From Nageia nagi (Eukaryota; Plantae; Pinophyta): DNA of 64,000 nucleotides. Under the pieces are notes generated by a model. It saw only the letters and a program-made list of their open reading frames with translations. It had not been told where the DNA came from and searched no databases. The translations under genes were made by a program, and so were the position numbers. The DNA is taken from contig JBITNC010000001.1 in assembly GCA_050084985.1 (NCBI GenBank), forward strand, positions 121,768,001 through 121,832,000, read 5' to 3'. Shown here piece after piece: positions 39,389 through 51,400 of the stretch (position 1 is the first letter of the stretch; each line of letters starts with the position of its first letter).

Positions 39389-41920
39389 TGTAGAATCTAA
39401 ATTATGTAAAATATAAATATACACAATAAATAAAATGATCTACAATATAAGAAGAGCTAGATATGTACACTATATTATATATAATAAATATACATGAAAA
39501 ATATGCACCTGATATGAAGTGTATGCACAATCCTTGAAAGCAATAGCAATGAATCTTTAGAGGATTAGGATTGTATTGGAGGTGAGCTCATGATGTATAT
39601 TTGCATGTAAAAATCAATAACCTTTTCCATCAAAATCTAAAACCTTTGATCTAGAATATGCACATTACAAATAACCTAAGAGAATCCCATCATTAACCAT
39701 GTAGGATATGTCAAATTATGCGATGCACAAAAGATAGAAAGTATTAGAGCTCAAGGTATAACAATTTCTCATAATAGGTCATGTCAAGAGACACCATTAT
39801 TTGATGAAGATAATGAAAGATAACCACCTATTAAAGATCTTATCATATAAAAGAGTTTTGATCTATGGAGGTCATCCTATTTCACTCACATATATAGTCT
39901 ATAAAGACATAAAAAGGATTGAATTCCAACCTCTAGCAATAATATAAACTTTTTTATATTCAACATATCTTAAAATATAAACCATGATCAATGATATAGG
40001 TTTTAATATAACACATGGCATTGCATTGTAATATCAACTTTATTTTGACATATGTAATATTGCATTAAGTCATTTAGGAAGTATAAATATGATTTATTAA
40101 ATAAATAATAAATCATGTTCTTGAGTTGATCTTACAATATAGCTAACATATGCTCTTTAATTTTCTTGAGTTGATCTTAAGGTGTCAAATTTTCAAATGC
40201 AATATCATACATTTCATATTTATCCATAACTTCAAGGTTTAAATATCATCATAATCAATTTCAACCATATAATAATCATCATTATCATGCACTTGATTTT
40301 CTATAATTGATATATCATTTAGCACATAATAATTTGCAATAGCTAAGCATGAATTTGGTAAACTCATTTCATCATAAGATTTTCTATTGTTATTTTTTAC
40401 AACATCTATAACTTTAGATATTTCTTTTATTGGATAAGGTGAAAATAAATCACTTATCATATTCAAATATTCAAGAAAACCACTTTTAGATGTAATATCT
40501 AGGATAAAATGCAAGATCTAGAGCTTTGCATAAAACTTTAAGAAATATGATAAAATAAGCACTTTTACACCAGGAAAATTGAAAATAATTTGCTAGCATG
40601 TATACTATATGATAAGGGACCAATTTGATGATGCTAGATCTTTGAAAATTCAACAAAAAAACCTTTAAAATTTGAATTTTTATGAAAAAATATTTCTATT
40701 TAAAAATATATATAAATCTTGATAAAAATGCATGCAACAAGTTCAAATTAAACTTGAAATGTTGCCTACTATGATGACCTATGATTTTAGCAATTTTTGA
40801 TCATGAACCAAGTCACCAAATAGTTGGTAAAATATTTTCAAAATTTAGCATTTTTCAATGTGATGTTTTTGGAAAAACTTTTCTCAAAATCAACCAAAAT
40901 ATGCAAATCTAGACCTAGAAAAATAAAAAAAAAAATTCTCAATTATATTTATCTATGGTTTGGATAAAAGTTTTGTAATGCTACATCCCACCAAATCAAA
41001 TAAAATGACCTCCAAAAATTAAGTTTTTCTACAATAATTTTTTTTTTAATGCAATAAAATTTTCTAAATTTGAGAAAAATTAATTCAACCAAAAATAAAA
41101 CAAAACCTATGGTTTCCAATGCAAGACTCCTTAAAAAAAAGCAATGCCCTAAAATAAAAAGTCTAGGGTTTTTAGGATATGTCAAGGTTCACCATTATGT
41201 AGACTCTAAATTGGGTAAAATTTGAATATACATAATAAATAAAATTATCCACAATATAAGAAGAGCTAGATATGTACATTATATGAGATATAATAAATAT
41301 ACATGAAAAGCATGTACTTGATATGAAGTGTATGTACAATCCTCAAAAGAAGATAATAATGAATCTTCAAAAGATTGGGATCGGATTGGAGGAAAATTCA
41401 TGATGTATCTTCACATGTACGAATCAATAGCCTTTGCCACCAAAATTTGAAACCCTTGATCTATAAGATGCACATCGCTAATGGCCTAATAGAAACACAA
41501 CACTCATAGCCTAAGAGAAGCATTTTTTTAATTACGTAGGATATATCGAATTATGCCATGCACAAAAAATAGAAAGTATCAAAACTCAGAGTATAACAAT
41601 TTCTCATAATAGGTGGCATCAAGAGAATCATTTCTCAATGAAGATAGTGAAAGATAACCACCTATCAAAAATCTTGTCATATCAAAGAATTCTATATATA
41701 GATTGCAAGGACATAAAAAGAAGTGAAGGCCAACCTCTAGTAATAATATAAACTTTATTATATTCAAGATATTTTAAAATATAAACCATGATAAATGATA
41801 TAGAATTTAACATAAACATGGCATTGCATTATAATATCAACTTTATCTTGACATATGTAAAATTACATTAAGTAAATATGATTTATTAAATAAATAATAA
41901 ATAATTTTTAGGCATACACA
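39389..41920 (-). mobile_element. Non-autonomous LTR element (2.5 kb, tRNA-Trp-like PBS) nested in the copia integrase
   Basis: Direct repeats at 39389-~40113 and 41198-41920 with outer TG...CA; TSD CCTAG at 39384-39388 and 41921-41925. Removing it restores the host peptide GPSSSLDGG. PBS-like ...GGTTCACCA at 41186-41194. Confidence 0.9.
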
Positions 41921-43890
41921 CCTAGATGGTGGTATTATAGAGGAGGAATTATATGTAAACTTATTAACTACTCATTTTTTAAGACTTTTGGTGGTGAGGA
42001 CTTTGTTAATGCTGATAAAGAAAATAAAATAAATCTTAAGGAAAAATACAAGTATACTTTCATTAGAGAAAGAGTTAATGATTTTGGTTATCATTTTTTG
42101 GATTATGAAAGTCATAAAATAATTAGAAGTAAAGATATGGTATTTAATGATAAGACCATGTATAAATATAAATTGTAAGAAATGGAATATGGAAAGGCAA
42201 ACACATAATATATAATTCTTGATGACCACATTGAAAATGAAACTCCAAAGATGTCATAAAATCAAATTCTTAATAAAACAAGAAGAACCTCAAACTCTTG
42301 TAAGTATTGTTATAAGATCTAACATGTTAATTAACCTTCTCAAACATAACTTTTCTTCATTCAATTATGTATTCTTAGCTAGTTCAGATGAACTATAAAT
42401 ATATGAAGAAGCAATCTAGGTAAAAATAAGAAACAATTGGGAGCAAGGCATGAAAGAAGAGATGGAATATCTGGTACATAACCAAACTTGGTATTTGGTA
42501 TGATTATCTACATGAAAAATATAATTATAGAATAAATGAGTTTTATAAGGTGTAGTAAGAAACTGAAGGCAAAAAGAGATATAACACAAGACTTATTGTA
42601 AAGGGTTTTGCATAAAAGAAAGATATATTTTGGTAAAATATTTTCTATATTGTTAAAATAGCTTAAATTAGAACTATTTTAGATCTAGTGATTGTAGAAG
42701 AGTTGTATCTTTAATATTTGTATGTAAAAATAACTTTTCTCTAGATATTGGGATTTGGAGGAAGAAATTTATATACAACAACCACATGAGCATGAGGTTA
42801 AAGGGAAGGAGGAATTTTTATGCATGTTGAAAAAGAGCTTGTATGGACTAAAGCAATATCCAAGGCAATGGTATCTAAAATCTCATAGTTTCATGAATAA
42901 ACAAGGTTAGAATAAATATCATTATATTGTGTTTGATTTAAGATATGAGGTAATGGTAACTGTATTATATTATTATTGATGTAGATGACATGCAGAATAT
43001 AAATATGCTCAAAAGATAATTGGTAAAATCATTTGCAATGAAGGATTTATATGCTTGAAAGAAAACCCTTATTATAAGAATAATAAGAGATAAAAAAATC
43101 ATATATTATCATTATCTTAGGGTGAGTATATTGAAAATTTGTTGAAAATATTTAAAATGAAATATGGAAAATCTATTAGTAACCTTTGGCCAACCATTTC
43201 TATTTGACTAAGGAGATATATCCCAATACCTAGGATCAAATAGATCACATGTCCAAGGTTTCTTATTTATGTATAGTTAGTAGTTTGATATATGGGATGG
43301 TATTGATAAGGCCATATATTGAACATACAATTGGAGTTGTGAGTAGGTTTATAAGAAATCAATGTAAAGAGCATTAGGAGATAGTGAAGTGGATTCTTAT
43401 GCTCATGAAAGGTACTACCACTTAGTCATTATGTTTTGGAGGATTCATCACTATTTTATAAGGATATGTTGATTTAAACATGGCAAGTGATGTAGATAGA
43501 AAAAGGATTACCACAAGGTATATCTTTACTATAAGAGAAATAATTGTAAGTTGGATTTCAAAAATACAAAATGTTGTTACACTTTCAAGAATAAAAGTAT
43601 ATTATGTTGTTGATATAGAGGCCAATAAAGAGATGATTTGGTTATAAATTTTATATATGAATTGGTAAAGAATAAGGAGAATACAAAATTCTATAGTGAT
43701 AGTCAAAGTATCATTACTATTGCAAATAACTCAACCTTCTATTCTAAGAGTAAACATATACAACTTAGGTACCATTTCATACAATCAATTTTTGAAGATG
43801 AAAAAAATACACTAGTCAAAATCCTATAGACATGTTAACAAAGGTAGTAACCAAGGATAAATTGAGTTCTTTGTTAATTTTAGTTGATCT

Positions 43891-44206
43891 TACATGGGTG
43901 GGTCACTTAATAGAGAGTCTTTAAAACACATACAAAAATAGGATTCTTGAAAAACCCCTTTTCTTTAAAATTTACCACCTCCCCTTTAAATTTATTAAAC
44001 CCCCTATTTTTAAAATTTACCAACTACCCCCAACACCCCACCCTCATATTTGCAACCTTTAGCTCTCCCCACCACCCCACCCAACCATTTTTTAAAATAA
44101 CCCTACCCACTCTCCTTTTTCTAAATACCCACACCCCCCTCCCCTTATAAAATACTTACCGATATATCACTAGTTGAACTAGATATTAAGAGTGACCCCC
44201 CTTGTG
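43891..44206. mobile_element. MITE-like TIR element (316 bp)
   Basis: Left end TACATGGGTGGGTCACT vs reverse complement of right end CACAAGGGGGGTCACT; flanked by the direct repeat TGATCT(T). Removing it restores the end of copia RH (...V(D/G)LRA*). Confidence 0.8.
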
Positions 44207-44373
44207 TGATCTTCGAGCATGAAGAAAGAGATGAGAAAATTTCCAAGTTCAAGAATAGTCTACCAAGTACAATTGCTATGATCAATCTCTAAGAGGGAGA
44301 TTATTGGTTATGGATCCTTCCCCCCCCCCCTCTTGCTCTCTCTCTAATTTTAAAGACCTTGTTTAAGCCACAT

Positions 44374-44806
44374 TTAAAACCAAAATTTCCAAGTCTAAAG
44401 TTGTCGTTCTACTTATTTAACCAAAAATGTATGTATTTTACCTTTTCTAAATTTGTATTATTCCTAATTTGATCACAAATCAAATTATACAATTTAGTTA
44501 ATGTATTTTTCCCTTAAAGGTAACCCACTTTTTCTATAAAGGGTATTTTGTATTGTAATTGAATGTATGTACAAGATACTATGAAATAATTAAAACCCAA
44601 AATTTTGAAGTCTAAAGTTGTCCCTCTACTTATTTAACCAAAAATGTATGTATTTTACCTTTTGTAAATTTGTATTATTTCTAATTTGATCACAAATCAA
44701 ATTGTACAATTCAGTTAATGTATTTTTCTTTAAAAGGTAACCCACTTTTTCTATAAAGGGGATTTTGTATTGTAATTGAATGTATGTACAAGATACTATG
44801 AAATAA
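44374..44806. repeat. 216-bp tandem duplication inside the copia 3' LTR
   Basis: 44374-44589 and 44590-44806 are near-identical. Confidence 0.92.
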
Positions 44807-46939
44807 AGGAGAGGAAGTTACAATTGATGTCTTATAGGTTGTATTCCTTCATTGTACTCGATGGAATAAAAGATGGACTAGTTATTTTTTTGTGGATGTA
44901 TCCCAAATTAGATCAGCCATGTTAAATTTGTATCTCTTATTTTTATTCTTCTCCATTATAATTATTTATTTATTTATTGCTCTCTAGTGTTATTATTCCT
45001 AACATTTATTAGGTTGATAAGTTCTTTTATTCAATGAATCTGCATCAATCCTTATTACCTATTTCTTACTCTAATAATAATCTAGAATGAAAGTATTTAT
45101 CATATTTAAACATATAGGAATCATAATTTGTAAACCAGTTTGAGAGTTGAAAGAGTTTTCATATAGGTATTGATTCTTATTTTAGTTTGTAATAGTTATT
45201 GTAAGTCCTTATGCTTTCTTATAAAGAAATCAAATAATTACAATAACTATTAGGTCATAATAATTCCAATCCTAATTGGAAATATTTAATGAATTTCATG
45301 TTATAATCATATTACTAATAAAATGACCAACTCCCAAATTTATGAGTATTTATCTTATGTTCAATTTCATGGCTATATCCCAACAATATTACTAAAATTT
45401 AAAACTTACGTTGAGAGGTTCAATCATTCTTAGAAGATTTAGAAATCCTAATATTTGAATTGTTAAACTGATCCTTAAATTCACTTAGTTGCAAAGAGGT
45501 TTCATGAACATAAACTTCTAGAAACCATTCTTTCCAAAAATATTTAAAGTGATGTGAAAGAGTCTCAAACAATGTTCAAGGTTTATATGATTCTAAGACT
45601 CATATGAAAGTTCTATCAGGAGTTATCTCTTGATACATGCATTAATTATTAAGGAAAATTGATTTTTCACTATAGTATCTCTTTTCAAAATTTAATGAGT
45701 TTATTCTCAATTACAATTTATTGTTATCATGTTTATAATAAAAGGAGTGGCTAGCTACAATTATTATTACATAACAAGTTTATCAACTAGATTGAGACTC
45801 TCATTGAAGTTGTAACCTAATATTAGTAAATTTTAAATTTTTGGTAAAATAAATCAAAAGCATTGATAATCATTGAAGCTTGATACCTAGCATTTACAAA
45901 ACTATAGAACTAATTTTTTCATGGTGTATTAAAGAGATTTTGTATATTTGAAAAACTAAGAAAATAATTATACCTATATTAGAATAATGGTTATGAAAGA
46001 ATTCCTAAGTTTTGATTCCTAATCATTGCTTAAAATTCTTTAAAAAAGTTTGGATACAGAGAATAAGTGTATTAGAAAAATACTAGGAAAGGTTAAGAGT
46101 ATCTTCTAAATAAAATTTCTTCTACAATTTGAGTAATTCAAATTTCTATCAAAGTTAAAAGTTTGCCAAGAGACATGACTTGGACATATCTTGTTAAATT
46201 TTAGAGATATTTAATGTAACATATAATCACTTACCAAAGCTGAAATAGTTAATTGTCCATATGCACAAACATGTTTTTTCATGTTGATATATCCATGTTT
46301 TGATGTAATTATCTATTTGTACTATTCATTTTGTTGCAAGACAATATTGGGATTGTGTTTTAGTAATATCAATCAAACTAGTTTACATTCAACACAGTTG
46401 TTATGCTTTTCGAAAGAAATAACAACATATTTGATTATGCAATTATCTTTGCAAGACGAGAGTTAAATTACAAACATCTTTTATTATTAGATTGTTTAAC
46501 TACCTAATATTGATGCATCAACATATCCCTAAAGGAACTCTCATGCTTCTTGGAATTTTGAGAGCAATTTCAATCAATCTTTTTTCAATTCAAGATTTTG
46601 AATTTGAAATTTTAAGTACTTCATTAAAATTTATTTTTTAATTATAAAAAATTTAATTTATCCATATTGATTGCATTTTATTTGACATTTATAATGTTTA
46701 TTCTAATTATTTATATTTATTTAAAATACCATATTTTATTTTCTTTCACAATAACATTTTAAAGTTAATATTTTTCTAATAACATAAAGGAGGGTTAAGG
46801 TTTAAGTTTAAATCTATTATTTTATAAAACCTCATACTCTCCCAATAATAATAAGAAAAGAAAATTAATATTAATTTTATAATTAAGAAATATGTTTAGA
46901 TATATATTAATTTGAGGGTTTTAGTTTGGAACTTATTTG

Positions 46940-47520
46940 TTTTGCAAAGAATCCAATGACTACAAATTTACACGAATTGGATACTTCCAAATGCGATTTT
47001 GAGGAGGCTCTGATTTTTGGAAACTTTGCCAGCCTTCTACCAATGTACACATTGGAGACTGTTCAAATTTAAATGTAAATGTAGTTGTCAGATGTAATAC
47101 CAAATTTAAAGGGGTTTGAATTGTTTGATAAAATATCTTATAGAAATGTAGTTCTATGGAATATAATAATTACAAGATATTTTATCAGAAGAATTGAATA
47201 AAGGAGTAGTTGAAAACTTTCAAGTGGATAATAAAAGATTTTAATCTCAAATCTCTTCTCTCATATACAAGTGGATATGTAACATATCCCACCCACACAA
47301 ATTTATTAATTTATTAAAAAAAAATCATAAAATTTATATAATATAAATTTTTGGAAAAGCTCCAGAAATTCTTCAATAAATTCAATGATCTACTGAAATG
47401 AAAGAGTGTAGGTTCACAAATACACATGTAACAATGGCAACATTGAAAGGATGGTGAATTGTTTGACAAAATGTCATACCGATCCTGTAATGCAATGATC
47501 GCTCATAATGCATAAAACAA
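46940..47520 (+). pseudogene. Fragmented PLS-class pentatricopeptide-repeat (PPR) gene remnant
   Basis: Discontinuous PPR motifs: IGYFQ..DFEEAL (~46976-47012), FASLLP (~47024), LSDVI, FELFDKISYRNVVLWNIIITRY (47115-47180), NGNIE..ELFDKMSYRSCNAMIAHNA (~47434-47512). Confidence 0.8.
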
Positions 47521-47683
47521 ATACCCATGACTTGTTCCATATTTAAATGCATCTATCTTGTAGGTTGTAATTGATTATTTGATTATCACTATCTTTTTTC
47601 GTTTCATCTTATTTTTGCCTTCGTTCCTCTTTTCCAAGATGCAACATGTAGATGTTGATAAATCCGAGGAATTTATCACATGA

Positions 47684-48001
47684 TCATTGCACTAGAGGAG
47701 ATTGCATTTCGATCATATAGAATTGTTTGATAAAATGCAACACCGATCTGGAGGTAGTTAAAACATGTGAAAAGCATAAGGAGTAGTGCGTATCTATATC
47801 TGTAATAAGAAAAATATGTTTACTATAATCACCCTTTCTACAGCATTGTATGAAGGTGATTTTCATTTCAATGTAAAGTCGTCCATTCGGTGGGTAGCAG
47901 ATGAGATTATACAAATCTGAAAACACGTAGGACAACGTATCTTCTGTGGCATCTCCAAAAGAAGTAAAAAAATCACACAGGCTTGCCAGAGTCGAAGACA
48001 T
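47684..48001 (-). CDS. Hypothetical 105-aa ORF in a CpG-retaining island
   Basis: Uninterrupted ATG-started ORF in the only segment that keeps many CG dinucleotides. No recognisable domain, so it may not be coding. Confidence 0.2.
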   Translation of the reverse strand: MSSTLASLCDFFTSFGDATEDTLSYVFSDLYNLICYPPNGRLYIEMKITFIQCCRKGDYSKHIFLITDIDTHYSLCFSHVLTTSRSVLHFIKQFYMIEMQSPLVQ

Positions 48002-48457
48002 GTTGGAGAGTAGCGTATATATGTATGCAAATTATGCACTTCTATTATCTGCTGCGATTGATTTTGATGAGAGTGAGATTCAGATCGATGTGGAGATTGT
48101 TATTTTGGTGGTGACGAATGCGTTTGTATGATTGCGAAAGCGTGAGCAATAAAGGAACAATGACTTTCAAAAGTGAAAGAGAAACTTTAGTGATGCAGGT
48201 CTAAGAAGAATTGAAAACATGGTAAAAAGTGTACAGAGAATTTGGACTGTAGGAAGCACTGTGCATTGTTTGCTTCAACCCCCTATCTGAGTATAGTTGT
48301 GTGAGACTGATATTCATATTAATGGAGATGACAAAGAATATTAAACAAACAAGTTGAAAGGAATGCAATAGAGAGAGTTGTCATGGGATGAAGAAACTTT
48401 GGATTTATTGCCAAGAGAAGTTCAACAGTTGTCTAGCACCCTGAAGAGTTTTCTTCC

Positions 48458-51400
48458 TCAAATTTTCTTCAGCTGGAACTGCAGAGGAAGGTACAAGGGG
48501 TTACCAGGTTCCTAGAGCTTCTATACTGTAGTTGTTTAAGCATGTCACTCATTTATTTCCTCCGCTTACTACAGGGACATTCTACAATTATGATACTCAA
48601 AAGAGTCCTTTGTGAAGGATGTTGGTTACTAGGGTATTACTACATATCTAGAGATCTAGTGGAGAGCCTTTAGAAGCACAACACAATTGATACACAAAAA
48701 TAGTTGTTTTAATACTTCCTTATTAGTGTTTTGTTGGTCAAAGAGACTATGGGAGCCTCTTCACAACATCTATGTCATGCACTACAGTGCCAATGTCATG
48801 TCCAGAAGGAAATGCCCTACCCATACAAGCATCGACTAAGTGTTTTCTTAAAGTTATGAAATTGCCTACCACCACTCAAAATATGAAAGATTGCTTATTC
48901 AACTTCTCTAGCTATTCATTTCATTTTCCTTTTCCTCTTATAAAAAGAAGTGTTGAGGTTCATATAAGGAGGAGCACATTTGATTTCATATGAAACAAAT
49001 GAAATAGGAGCACTATTTTCTTTGAAAAAATATAATTACACTAAGAGGCATTCCTACAATGGCAGCCAAGGAATGAGGAGAGCCAAAATGTCATTTCGTC
49101 TGTATGCCATCATCAACAACCTACTACAAAAAAAATAATATTTACTATTTTTAATAATATTTTTTAGTAGAAAAAGGAATGTTAGTAAATTGAAGGAGAA
49201 GGATATGAAGAGGTAAGGATAATGGCTTGCCTTGCGAAGATAGTCTTCAAAAAAATTATTTTTTCAAGACATAAATATATTGAAGTTTGAGTTTTGTTTG
49301 AGATTGATATCTCTATGCATTTTTTTATATTTAAGGGATTATATTTTTGTAGTGCTCTTGGAGGCTATCAATAAAGGACAAATTTGTAAATTTTTTCTAT
49401 ATTGGTGATATTATTTTTAAGATTGTAATACTCTTTGTTTTACTATCCTTTTTCATATTATGCAAGTTAAATGTAGTATTCAAAATGCAACCTTAATCTA
49501 TAGCATTTAGTAAGATTATTTTGCTCAAGACTCACACCAATTCCACACCTTCTTTTTCTATATATGATTTTGTTGAATCCAATTAGATCAAGTTCCCTCT
49601 TATGTACAATTTGAGAAAATTTCTATTTGCCACAAGATTAGATACTTGAACAAAAAAATCTTGTCAAACTCGGAGTGTAGATATTTTAGACAATGATACA
49701 TTTGTAGTGCTTTTTGTAAGTTACTATTGATGCTTCTTGATTCCTTTTCTTTTCTTTCATTTTCATTCTTTCTTTCTTTTATTTTTGTTTAAAATCAAAT
49801 TTTATTTTCAATTAACTTCATAAAATCCTAAAAATGGTCATAGAAATCCATTCATTTTAGTAAGGATAAAAGGCACATAAGACTAAAACAAAACTCCACA
49901 TCCTAAAAAGGTGGTGAATAACTACATCTCTCCCATTTGAGTTTCATTCTAAGTGTTTCATATTTTTTTGTTGCAGTTTTGCATAAACCTTTTTCAAGTG
50001 GGGATTGGTAACATGATCTCACCCACATGTTTGATCATCTTTTTTGAAATGTTGCATCAAGATGATATTTTTAAGTAATAAAGAAATTACCATCAACATA
50101 ATTGGCATTGGAAGGAGGGCCTTGAATTCAATTTTTTTTTCTTGAAGATTTATTTCTTTAAATTTTAGGTAAATATAAAAATAAAAGTATGGAATCAGAT
50201 TTTTTATTTTTTATTTCATATTTTAAAGTCATACTTCTAATGATACTAAATCTTTTTCTTTATTGGAATTTCATGTCATTAACAAGTCAAATTTTTCAAG
50301 TTCCATTATGAATTTGAAATAACTTTTCAAGCTCACATTCAATGTTCTTGAGATACCTTCAAATCTCGCTTGTGATAAATCTCTTCTCCTACATTATTTT
50401 GTAACAAACTAAATTTTTTTAGGACAATCATGGTTGCAACACCATGGTTGCAAGGAAGCTATTAACATCAATTTCAAGCAAGTATATATCCATTGCAAGC
50501 TCAAAGTATAATTTTAACTACCAACCATATAGGTGGAATCAATGTAACCAACTGAATCAAAGGTGGAATTAATATAATGGATTGAATAGTCAAAATGTGC
50601 TAATCCAAAATACTTTTCTAAATTCCCAAAATCTCTCAAATTTATCATATTTTATGAATCAATGAAATCAACCTTGTTTGTCATCAAATTCTCAAAACAC
50701 TTTTAAGTTTTTCAAACACCATTATTCAACAACCTCAAAATTTTGAAATGAACAAATTAAAGGAAGGATTGTTAAGTTTGAGCAATGAGATAGAACAACT
50801 TAAAATACAAAGGTTAAAAAATTATATGTTTCATCCAAGTTCATCAAATATTGCTCCAATTGTAAATGTATGTCACAATAATGTTAGGAATTCTAAGCTT
50901 AAAAGAGGACAAATAAATAAGGAAAATTAAGTCAATCTAATTATATTGGAACCTTTATACATTCATCACTTTTCTCTTATCAATAATGATAATCAAGTAG
51001 AGAATAAAGATTGTTATTTTTTCTTGGATATTGATCAAAAGAAGATGAATCGACTATTTGCCTATTTCCTTTAGATGCACAAGAAATATCCTCAAAATTT
51101 TCAATAAAATTTGATGTTTTTATGCAATGCAATGCAAAAACTCTATCTCATTCAGAATGATCAATGATGGAAAATTAAGAAAAAAATTAACCTCACTTTG
51201 TTTTGGTTTATGTTGAAGTAAAAGAATTTGATAGATGTATAGTAAATTATAGGTTGTTAGACAACAATATGTTAGTTGGAATTTGTTTTCCAACCTTTCG
51301 TAAGCCCAATGTACTTTCCCTTTGTGTTTAATGTATATTTAAAATATAGAAAAAACTCCTCCTTGATCTTTAATTGCAAAATATGCTTCTCCAAATGTTT

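Larger units (their letters stand above)
37540..44223 (+). pseudogene. gag-pol: copia gag-PR-INT-RT-RH polyprotein, heavily disrupted and interrupted at 39389-41920 and 43891-44206
   Basis: WKMKIEE (gag); WVMNTRVSF (protease-like); YYVTFIDG..RKTWV and NGVLEMMNRKIME (INT); RLIVKGF, LKKSLYGLKQ and LMXVDDM-like (RT); YSDSQS and SKHIQLRYHFI (RH). The INT-before-RT order defines copia. Confidence 0.88.
37285..45004 (+). mobile_element. Ty1/copia (Tork/Tnt1-like) LTR retrotransposon, decayed, with truncated 5' LTR and two nested insertions
   Basis: LTR end ...TAAACA at 37476 with tRNA-Met PBS TGGTATCA at 37479; PPT AAGAGGGAGA at 44291-44300; 3' LTR at 44302-45004 ending CTAACA. Confidence 0.85.

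Noticed and set aside
46955-47020. Box C/D snoRNA or Sm-site-like signal (ATGACTA...CTGA, ATTTTTGG)
   Set aside because: The C box lacks the essential GA, and the sequence is better explained as PPR coding remnant (DFEEALIF).
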